Assembly: GCF_009914755.1 (NCBI RefSeq)
Contig: NC_060936.1
From: the human T2T-CHM13v2.0 reference genome, Homo sapiens
Reading direction: 5' to 3' (one strand)
DNA length: 64,000 nt
The position numbers and the translations under genes are program-made. Below, in pieces: positions 1 to 14,640 of this stretch. The notes beneath the pieces were generated by a model. It ran no database searches, had not been told where the DNA came from, and was given only the letters and a program-made list of their open reading frames with translations. Position 1 is the first letter of the stretch, and each line of letters opens with the position of its first letter.

Positions 1-47
1 AACTGTGAGAAGTAAATATTTGTTGTTTATAAGCCATCCAGTCTAAG

Positions 48-401
<354 letters not shown>

Positions 402-861
402 TAAGACATAGGGGTGAAGACAGTGTGTACTACAGTCCTTGCAGCTATCTGGCAGCGTTCTCTACTGGGTGGCCAGGGATGGAGTTAAGATACTTTGTAC
501 CCAAACCTAGGTGCATAGTGCTGGGTATACCTCGGTATATCTAGATATCACTACTTTGAACACTTTTAAAGCAAATTAAGATTTCTTCAGGTCTTTTTAG
601 ATGGTCCTGGCTTCAAGATTTGCTGCATTTCATCACATATACTGTTTTCATCCTTTGCCAAGTTGTCTCTGCCAATGATGACTACTAGGGCTGCAAGGAG
701 GGATGGGTAATTATAAGCAACAAGCCCTTCCAAATGTACATGTGTAAAGACTGTAACTTGATTTGCAATTTCCAGAGCATGGAAACTTCTATTACTCTGC
801 ATCTGATGTCATTAAAAAACTAAAGAATCAAATCAGATGGGGTCATCCCCCATTTCCTACC

Positions 862-1210
862 TGTCTTAGTTTGTTTTCTGTTGCTATAACTGAATATCAC
901 AGACTGAGTAATTTGTGAAAAATAGAGGTTTATTTAGATCATAGTTATGGAGGCTGGATAATTTATAAGGAATAGAGGTTTATTTAGTTCATGGTTCAAG
1001 AGTATGGTGCCACCATCTAATGAGGGCCTTCTTGCTACATCATAACATGGTGGAGGGCATCACATGGTGAAAGGGCAAGGGCAAGCAAGACAGAGAGAGC
1101 TTGCTTTTATAACAAACCCACTCCCATGATAGCAACATTAATCCACTCATGAGGGCAGAGGGGTTAAGTTTCTAGCACATTAGTATTTTGGGGACACATT
1201 GAAACCATAG
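862..1210. mobile_element. MaLR LTR (MST/MLT1A-like)
   Basis: TGTCTTAGTTTG...GCTATAAC...GAGGGCCTTCTTGCT...ACATT pattern. Confidence 0.65.
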
Positions 1211-1255
1211 TATTACCCCTCCTCCAAACAAGAGGAATGTAGACTTGAACACTTA

Positions 1256-1590
<335 letters not shown>

Positions 1591-1660
1591 TCAAATGAAT
1601 TTATTCAAAGAAAGTAGCTGTACCTAAATGAGATGATAGCTAGGTAAACTTGTAACTCAT

Positions 1661-1988
<328 letters not shown>

Positions 1989-4388
1989 TTACCAAGTGGA
2001 GGAAATGGCCTTAGGGATCCATGACACAGCAGGCAGAGCTCAGCTCTAAAACAGTGCTGAGAGTATTCATTTGTGACTCAGCCTTGTCTTAGGGATATGT
2101 CTATGTCTTGAGTCTTGGTCTCAAATCTCTGACTTTTAAGTATCTACACTGTAGTTCTAAATTTAACCCAGTAAACTTGACTTACCTGAGTCAGTAAATT
2201 TGCCTTGCAGAGATGTAAAAGTGACATTATAAGTTAAAATGTTTGATGTTTTAGAGAATCTGATGGATTAGCCTTTGATTTGGAAAGTAAAGTTTTAGAC
2301 TTTGGCAACCCCCTTTGGGTCCCCTCCCGTTGTACAGGAGCTCTGTTTTCACTCTGTTAAATCTTGGAACTGCACACTCTTCTGGTCCATGTTTTTTCTG
2401 GCTCAAGCTGAGCTTTCGTCTGCCGTCCACCATTGCTGATCACCACTGTTGTAGACCTGCTGCTGACTTCCACCCCTCCGGATCTGGCAGGGTGTCCCTG
2501 CGCTTCTGATCCAGTGAGGTGCCTGTTGCTACTCCCGATCGGGCTAGAGGCTCGCCATTGTTCCTGCATGGCTAAGTGTCCAGATTTGTCCTAATCAAGC
2601 TGAACACTAGTTGCTGTGTTCCATGGTTCTCTTCCATGACCCATGGCTTCTAATAGAGCTATAACACTCACTGCATGGCTCAAGGTTCAATTCCTTGGAA
2701 TTCGTGAGGCCAAGAACCCCAGGTCAGGGAACAAAAGGCTTGCTGCCATCTTGGGAGTGGCTTGCCACCATCTTGGGAGCTCTAAGAACAAAGACCCACC
2801 AGTAAGATTTGGTGGCCTATACGGGGATTCTCCAAAGCGGTGAGTAATATTGGACCACTTTTGCTTGCTGTTCTATCCTATCCTTCCTTAGAATCAGAGG
2901 AAAATACCAGGTACCTGTCAGCTGGTTAAAAACGATTAGCGTGGCTGCTGGACTTAAGACTCAGATGTGAGGCTTTCTGGGAAAAGGCTAACAACTCCCA
3001 ACCCTTGTGGGTTGGGAGCATTGGTCTGCCTGGAACCAGCTTCCACTTTCACAATATTCCTGGGGGAAGTCGAGGGCTGACTAGAGGCAGAAAGGTGTCA
3101 TCCTGAACTCCTGGCATTGGCCAGTCAAGATCATGGCACAGCCAGAAGTCTCTACTCAACAATCGCCCATGCATGTGCGACTACCTCTCCTTCTGACCCA
3201 TACCTCCTGAGTTCTGATCACGACTTTCTTGAAAGTGTAGCCCCCAAATTCTCCTTACCTGTGAATCTACTGCCTTTGATCCCTGCCTCCTAGGTACAAA
3301 TGCTTCAGACTTTTACTTCCTTTCCCAAGTATTAGAGCAAGTTGTATCTCCAAAGGGATCTAAGGGAGCTCTACGCTGCATCCTTAGGCACCTAGGCTAT
3401 GAACCCAGGGAGTCTTGCCCCTGGTGTCCCTCCCAATTTAGGTATACAGCTGTCAACATAGGCAGTTATGTGGGACCCATTCCCCACCACCCTTGCCAGG
3501 GCCTTAAAACTGATGACCCAGTACTTTAACAACTGGAACTCGGTCTACAACAATATAATAGATCAGGATGAAAATGCATTAAGTAAATTAAGGGAAGGCA
3601 CATATTCCTATAGTGGCAAATGGGGGCAATGAGCAAACGTCCTTCCGCTGTGTTCCCAAAATCCATCTACCAAGAGAGAAACTATCTCTCTCACAGCTTT
3701 GCCTAGTGATCCTATGTAAGTCAATACTACTGGAAAGACAACATAGCACCCAGAAGTTTATTTACTGGACTTTAGCATATAAAGCCAGCAAGTCCATCCT
3801 TTTCTCCTTGCTCCCCTTCTCATAGGAAAAAGGCACATAGGATAAACAGGATCCATCTGTCATATTTTGTACCCAAAAAGACTTAATCCGGGACAACAAA
3901 AAGTTTAAGATCAATAATTAGGGCATATTCCTACAAAGAAAAAGAAGGACAAAGGCCCTAGTGGTCAAAAACTCTATCTCAATCCTGACTCAAAAGGTTA
4001 CCTACACCCTCTCTGAAATGAATTTGCATAGGAACTGTTATTTATGGGAATGCATTTTCATGGGGCAACTGGGTTGTTATGAAATACTCAGGAACACAGC
4101 CCAGCTCTAGAACTCACCCCTGAGTGCAAAGGCAATGTTGGGCATGCTAGTAAAGGACCCCTAGAATCCAGCAGCCCCGACCCCTTTCTTTGTGGTCAAG
4201 AAAGGTGGGAAAACAGGTGCAGGACTGCTACATTGGTGAGCATAACTAATCCGATAAGCAGAGGTCCATGGGTGGTTACGCACCCTGGAAAGGAATAAGC
4301 ATTAAGACCACCGAGGATGCTCTAAAACTGATGCGATGCGCATTGGAAAATGACTCGGGGTGCTGGCATCCCTATGTTCTTTTTTCAG

Positions 4389-5810
4389 ATGGGAAATGTT
4401 CCCCCCAAGGCAAAAATGCCCCTAAGATGTATTCTGGAGAATTGGGACCAATTTGACCCTCAAACACTAAGAAATAAATAACTTATATTCTTCTGCAGTA
4501 CTGCCTGGCCATGATATCCTCTTCAAGAGGGAGAAACCTGGCCTCCTGAGGGAAGTATAAATTATAACACCATCTTATAGCTAGACCTCTTTTGTAGAAA
4601 AGAGGGCAAATGGAGTGAAGTGCCATATGTGCAAACTTTCTTTTCATTAAGAGATAACTTGCAGTTACGTAAAAAGTGTAATTTATGCCCTATAGGAAGC
4701 TCTCAGAATCTACCTCCCTACCCCAGCATTCCCCCGGCTCTTTCCCCAACTAATAAGGACCCCCCTTCACACAAACGGTCCAAAAGGAGATAGACAAAGG
4801 GGTAAACAATGAACCAAAGAGTGCCAATATTTCCCGATTATGCCCCCTCCAGGCAGTGGGAGGAGAATTTGGCCCAGTCAGAGTGCATGTACCTTTTTCC
4901 CTCTCAGATTTGAAGCAAATTAAAATAGACCTAGGTAAATTCTCAGATAACCCTGATGGCTATGTTGATGTTTTACAAGGGTTAGGACAATCCTTTGATC
5001 TGACATGGAGAGATATAATGTTACTGCTAGATCAGACACTAACCCCAAACAAGAGAAGTGCCGCCATAACTGTAGCCCGAGAGTTTGGCGATCTCTGGTA
5101 TCTCAATCAGGTCAATGATAGTATGACAACAGAGGAAAGAGAACAATTCCCCACAGGCCAGTAGGCAGTTCCCAGTGTAGACCCTCATCAGGACGCAGAA
5201 TCAGAACATGGAGATTGGTGCTGCAGACATTTGCTAACTTGCGTGCTAGAAGGACTAAGGAAAACTAGGAAGAAGCTGATGAACTATTCAATGATGTCTG
5301 CTATAACACAGGGAAAGGAAGAAAATCCTACTGTCTTTCTGGAGAGACTAAGGGAGGCATTGAGAAAGCATACCTCTCTGTCACCTGACTCTGTTGAAGG
5401 CCAACTAATCTTAAAGGATAAGTTTATCACTCAGTCAGCTGCAGACATTAGGAAAAAAAACTTCAAAATCTGCCTTAGGCCCAGAGCAAAACTTAGAAAC
5501 CCTATTGAACTTGGCAACCTTGGTATTTTATAATAGAGATCAGGAGGAGCAGGCGGAATGGGACAAACGGGATTAAAAAAAGGCCACAGCTTTAGTCATG
5601 GCCTTCAAGCAAGCAGACTTTGGAGGCTCTGGAACAGAAAGGCTGGGTAAATTGAATGCTTGCTTCCAATGCGGTCTACAAGGGCACTTTAAAAAAGATT
5701 GTCCGAATAGAAATAAGCCACCCCCTTGTCCATGCCCCTTATGTCAAGGGAATGACTGGAAGTTCTGCTGCCCCAGGGAACGAAGGTCCTCTGAGTCAGA
5801 AGCCACTAAC
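4389..5810 (+). pseudogene. HERV-W gag, defective
   Basis: MGNVPPKAKMPLRCILENWDQFDP then stop; later fragments include QGKEENPTVFLERLRE and CFQCGLQGHFKKDC zinc knuckle. Confidence 0.88.
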
Positions 5811-5849
5811 CAGATAGATGATCCAGCAGCAGAACTGTGTGCCCAGGGC

Positions 5850-7025
5850 AAGCACCAGCCCATGCCATCACCCTCACAGAGCCCCGGGTATGCTTGACCA
5901 TTAAGGGCCAGGAGGTTAACTGTCTCCTGGACACTGGCACAGCCTTCTCAATCTTACTCTCCTGTCTCGGACAACTGTCTTCCAGATCTGTCACTATCTG
6001 AGGGGTCCTAGGAGAGGCAGTCACTAGATATTTCTCCCAGCCACTAAGTTGTGACTGGGGAACTTTACTCTTTTCACATGCCTTTCTAATTATGCCTGAA
6101 AGCCCCACTCCTTTGTTAGGGAGAGATATTCTAGCAAAAGCAGGGGCCATTATACACTTGAATATAGGAGAAGGAGCACCCATTTGTTGTCCCCTACTTG
6201 AGGAAGGAATTAATCCTGAAGTCTGGGCCACAGAAGGACAAATAGACAAGTGAAGAATGCCTGTCCTGTTCAACTTAAACTAAAGGATTCTGCCTCCTTC
6301 CCCTACCAAAGGCAGTACCCTCTTAGATCCACCCAGCTCTCTGATGGACAGCCCAACAAGCCCCAACTTGGACTTCAAAAGATCGTTAAGGACCTAAAAG
6401 CCCAAGGCCTAGTAAAACCATGCAATAGTCCCTGCAATACTCCAATTTTAGGAGTACAGAAACCCAATGGACAGTGGAGGTTAGTGCAAGATCTCAGGAT
6501 TATCAGTGAGGCCGTTGTCCCTCTATACCCAGCTGTACCTAACCCTTATACTTTGCTTTCACAAATACCAGAGGAAGCAGAGTGGTTTACAGTCCTGGAT
6601 CTTAAGGATGCCTTTTTCTGCATCCCCGTACATCCCGACTCTCAATTCTTGTTTGCCTTTGAAGATCCTTTGAACCCAACATCTCAACTCACCTGGACTG
6701 CTTTACCCCAAGTGTTCAGGGATAGCCCCCATCTATTTGACCAGGCATTAGCACAAGACTTGAGCCAGTTCTCATACTTGGACACTCTTGCCCTTTGGTA
6801 TGTGGATGATTTACTTTTAGCAGCCCGTTCAGAAACCTTGTGCCATCGAGTTACCCAAGCGCTCTTAAACTTCCTCGCCACCTGTGGCTACAAGGTTTCC
6901 AAACCAAAGGCTCAGTTCTGCTTACAGCAGGTTAAATACTTAGGGCTAAAATTATCCAAAGGCACCAGGGCCCTCAGTGAGGAACGTATCCAGCCAATAC
7001 TGGCTTATCTTTATCCCCAAACCCT
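5850..7025 (+). pseudogene. HERV-W pro-pol (protease plus RT), truncated
   Basis: LLDTG protease motif ~5924-5938; ORF 6250-7089 with LDLKDAFF, LPQ and YVDD. Confidence 0.9.
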
Positions 7026-7914
7026 ACTAACTGTTGGATGTGCCTCCCCCTGCACTTCAGGCCATACATTTCAATCCCTGTATCTTTAACCTCCTTGTTA
7101 AGTTTGTCTCTTCCAGAATCAAAGCTGTAAAAACTACAAATGGCTCTTCAAATGGAGCCCCAGATGCAGTCCATGACTAAGATCTACTACAGACCCCTGG
7201 ACCTGCTAGGCCATGCTCTGATGTTGATGACATCAAAGGCACCCCTGCTGAGGAAATCTCAACTGCATGACCTACTATGCCCCAATTCAGCAGGAAGCAG
7301 TTAAAGCAGTCGTTGGCCAACCTCCCCAACAGCACTTGGGTTTTCCTGTTGAGAGGGGGGACTGAGAGACAGGACTAGCTGGATTTCCTAGGCCAACTAA
7401 GCATTCCTAAGCCCAGCTGGGGAAGATGACTGTACTCACATTTAAACAGGGTGCTTGTAACTCAGCTCACACCTGACCAATCAGGTAGTAAAGAGAGCTC
7501 ACTAAAACACCAATTAGGCTAAAAGCAGGAGGTAAAGAAATAGTCAATCATCTATTGCCTGAGAGCACAGGGGGAGGGACAATGATCGGGATATAAACCC
7601 AGGCATTTGAGCTGGCAGTGGCAACCCCCTTTGGGTCCCCTCCCGTTGTATGGGAGCTCTGTTTTCACTCTATTAAATCTTGCAACAGCAAAAAAAAAAA
7701 AAGAAAAGAAAAGAGTTTTAGACATATGACTTTAAGAGGATTAAGAAAATTGAATAAATGTTTATAAGTTTGATTTATTAAAGGGTTGAATAAAAGTTCA
7801 GAAAGGTTTTGCCTAGTAGTGTTGTTTGCCCTGTCAGGTATTTAAAATATGAATATTAAATGTCACATAGTTAAAAATATTAGGAAATTTGTCTTTTATT
7901 TCTAAAAAGCAGAA

Positions 7915-8790
<876 letters not shown>

Positions 8791-10249
8791 GAACTTGAAT
8801 TCGTCAAACATTAAAGAATAAGTAAAAATTATTTTTATTTTATAAAAATTACTACTTTTATGAATAGAACAAGAATTTAAAGTTGAACCTGGATTAACAA
8901 AATCTAGGGTTTCAAATCTAGAGCTTCAGTAAATTAAATATTAAACACCAAAGTCACTCTATTAGCCCTTTCCCAGCACCTCTGGCTGGGACTGTGGACC
9001 AAGTTCTGTGAATGATTCTATGGCCTAGGAGATCAAAGATCTCCATGGTTTATCAGTAAGTCTTCTCTAAGACTGGGAAGTAGGTGCCTAGAGTTATGCC
9101 TGGATTAAATTTTGACTTCCTAGCCATCTGATTTTGCACAAGTCTTATCTGTAAAGTGGGTCTACTAATATCTATTTAATAGGGGTATTAAGAAGATTAA
9201 AAACATTGAGATACATAAAGTGTTTTACACAACACCTGGATTTTAGTAAACATCAGTTATTATTATTAGCATTCTTCCAAGATCTGCACACAAAGTGAGT
9301 TACGGCTAATCAGTTGATAAACTCCTAGCAGAGCAGAAGGTTATGTGTGTTGTGATGTTTAAGTGGTACTGGGAAACTCTGGTTGCCTTGAGGTTCTGAA
9401 ATTCTACTGTATCAGATGGGTTCCTTTAAACATTGCTCTCTCTAGGGGGTCCTCTTTTTAAAAGTATGCACCTTCTGGAGGGCATCTCTTCATCCTTGTG
9501 TGGTTTAGTTTATCAGGTATTTTCCTCACGATGGCAGCCTGAGAACAGGGGACGCCCAAGGGCTGGGATTTGTGTGCTCCGGAAGAAAACGGGGTGTAGA
9601 AGTGGGGCCTCTGAAAGAGGGCGAAAAGGCAAGGAAAAGGAGAAATGTTGCACAGTCTTATGGTCTGTCCCCTGCCATTCTGTTCCCCTGAGGTGTCAGA
9701 GCAGCTTCTCTGTCTTCCCAGGGATGAGTTTACACAGACATTCCCTGTGGCCCCCTGAGGCCTCCACCTCTGAAATCTGCAGAACAGCCAGGAAACAAGC
9801 CCGGCCCATGGCGCCACCTGCTGCCTGCCTGCCTCCGCTCATGCACCCTGGGCTGGGATGGTACTTCTGTTCGTCTGGCATTATTGCCCTTGGTCATTTA
9901 CCGGCAGCCCTGGGCCCCTCCTTGCTCTTCTCCATGACACTAGGACTCCCTTGGTCTTGAAGCTGGGTGAGATTATCAGGGTTTGTTTCTCAATGACTTT
10001 GAGGTTTGACAGCAGAGCACACTCTTTGGCAGATGAGGGGGCTTGAGGCTTAGTCTTATTCCGTGATTAAAAGCATTTCTTGTATGTTTGTCCTTTCCCA
10101 GCCTGGAGTGGTGGGAATAAGGCCACTATGTTGACTTAGCGGAAGGAAGGGCTGACTCACTGTTCACCTTCCCTGTACGTTACCAGCTCGAGGTCTCAGG
10201 ATGCGTTGGACCCTATTTTGGTCTCCGGAATTTGTCATCATGCAGTGCT

Positions 10250-11797
<1,548 letters not shown>

Positions 11798-11998
11798 TAA
11801 CTGCTTTCTCTATTGTGTTGCAAATCATAGTAGTTACCACTTACTGAGCGTTTATAAACACTAGAAAACCCTGTGCACCTTTAAATAAATGCAACCATTT
11901 TATAGATGAAGAAGCCGAGGCTCAGATGCCTATGGGCTTCATCAACCCCTGATTTTAGAGGAACTGCGTCATTGTACATCTCTGTCTTTCTCTCTTAG

Positions 11999-12034
11999 GC
12001 CTCCAAGCCTTTGGGAGTAGCTTCTGAAGATGAG
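11999..12034 (+). CDS. PEX5: PEX5 exon 3 (ASKPLGVASEDE)
   Basis: ctcttag| ... GAG|gtaaat; 36 nt, phase 0/0. Confidence 0.95.
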
Positions 12035-12135
12035 GTAAATAGACCAGTCTCTTTTCTGTCCCATTTTTCTCTTGCCCACTGTGTTTTTACCTTTAAACTT
12101 AGTTCACCCGTATTTCAATTTTTGGGCTTTCCTGA

Positions 12136-12483
<348 letters not shown>

Positions 12484-12678
12484 TAGTGGGAGGGGAGATC
12501 GTTTTCCATGTAGCCAGGGCCAAGGAAGGGGGTTCCATTGGATGCTGCTGGCATTGGGGACCTGAGATGCAGAAGGAGACAAAAGTAACAGAGTGTTTTC
12601 ACGTGGATTCAGGGTTCTTTAGGCATGATGGAATGGTATGTATGTATTCTTTCTTAGTTTTCTCTCTCTCTCTTTTAA

Positions 12679-12885
<207 letters not shown>

Positions 12886-14344
12886 TAGTGTGATTACGAT
12901 TTTTCTGGTCTCATGACTCATTTCTAGAGGGGTAGGGTACTGAACTCAATTTCCCTTAGGTGATAACGGAATGTAATGTATATTAAAGAGAGGACTGGGT
13001 TTGTACTGGATAAGAGATTTTGGATAGAGAGAACGAAGAGTTTGGTTGGCCTTTTTACTTTATCACTGTGGTTTAGTGGAGAGGATCTACAGATTGGATG
13101 GATGGCAGTGTTGCCGAGGAAGAGAGTATTCACTACAGCACCTGGGATTCTGGCCTTAAGTTATTTGGAACAGAATTGGGGCCTTCAGAGTGTTATTGTG
13201 AAGTTCCAGTGCCTGAAGTGTATGGCTTTAGAAGGTAAAGACCATACCATGATGATGATAATAAAAATTAATAACAATAGTTACGTTCTAGGCCTTGTGT
13301 TACATGCTTTGAATGCATTATCTACTTACTCTCCATGAGAACCCTAGAGGTAGTTACTGTTTTTAGACCTAGTTTAAAGATAAGAAAATTGAGGCTTAGA
13401 GGTGAAGTGTGCCCAAGGTTACACAGCTTTGTCAGTGGTAGAGTTGGGATTTGATCCTGGATTTGAATGATTCCTGACCCTGTGGCCTTAACTGTGATGC
13501 TATACTGTCAGGCCTGCAATTTATCTTCTTTCTTGCTTTGCTACAGACTTAAAGGTTTCAGCCTAATTTTTCCTCTTTGAAAGCATCCATTGCTCCTGCA
13601 TCTTTTATGATTGATTCTTCTTGCCCTAAGCCTATCTAATCAGGTACATGGTGGGAAGGGCAGTCTCTTCAGCTTTCCTCTTCCTGATTGCTCTCAAAAG
13701 TTAGCCTTTTTCCTGTTTAAGAAATCAAGAATAACAAGAGATACACATAGAGAAAGTTACCAAGTTCCAGGATCTCGGGGAGTCACATCATCATGGTTCC
13801 TGAATTTTTCTGAGATGATTAAAGGGACTGAATTGGTTTCTACCCCCACCATTTTAATTTATGTTCTTTCTTCGTTTGCTACAGATTTCAAGGTCTCAAG
13901 TCTAATTTTCCTTGAGAGCATCCATTGCTCCTCGCATCCTTTAGGATTGATTCTTCTTACCCGAAGCCTATCTGATCAGGGACAAATGTGTGTGAAGGAG
14001 GCCCATGTTTAGGATGGGCTTCTCCGCACACAAGAGAAAAATCCCAAATCTAAAAACTAAAACTCACCTTTAATAAGATCTGTGGGTCTCTTTTATCACG
14101 TGTCTCTTTCCCACCCATAAGTTGGAGTTAAGGTAGAACAGTAGGTGCTCTTGGCTTTAAGAGTGCTAATCACTTTATCTTCTTAAGCTCATTAGAACTT
14201 CACAGTAACAGTAACACAAGGTGGATATCCCACCCCCATTTTATAGATGAGGAGACTGAGATTTGGAAAAGTTAAATACTTTGTGCAAAATCATTGAATA
14301 ATAGAGATGATATTCAAACTCATGTCTGTGTGGCTCTTGAGATT

Positions 14345-14640
14345 CTTTTTTTTTTTTTTTTTTGAGACAGGGTCTTGCTCTCACCCAGGGTGGAGTGCAG
14401 CGGTGCAATCTGTACGCACTGCAACCTCTGCCTCCTGGCTTCAAGGGATTCTCCCGTTTCAGCCTCCTGAGTAGCTGGGACTACAGGCGTGTGCCACCAT
14501 GCCCGGCTAATTTTGGTATTTTTAGTAGAGACAGGGTTTCACCATGTTGGCCAGGCTGGTCTTGAACTCCTGACCTTAAGTAATCCACCACAGCCTCCCA
14601 AAGTGCTGGGATTACAAGCGTGAGCCACCGCACGCGCCCT
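14345..14640 (-). mobile_element. AluS in PEX5 intron 5
   Basis: Antisense dimer; duplication TTGAGATTCTTT. Confidence 0.92.

Larger units (their letters stand above)
2304..7713 (+). mobile_element. HERV-W (HERV17/LTR17) processed pseudogene: R-U5, leader, gag-pro-pol(partial), env remnants, U3-R, poly(A)
   Basis: Starts at R (GGCAACCCCCTTTGGG) with no 5' U3; 3' LTR from 7363 ends at R plus A-tail with no U5; flanking repeat AGTTTTAGAC at 2291-2300 and 7714-7723; polypurine tract 7351-7360. Confidence 0.92.

Noticed and set aside
6250-7089. Functional HERV-W reverse transcriptase
   Set aside because: Truncated before RNase H and integrase, non-ATG start, upstream stops in gag and pro
9433-9960. 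175-aa ORF upstream of PEX5
   Set aside because: Non-ATG start (TTG), no recognisable domain; likely chance in GC-rich promoter-proximal DNA
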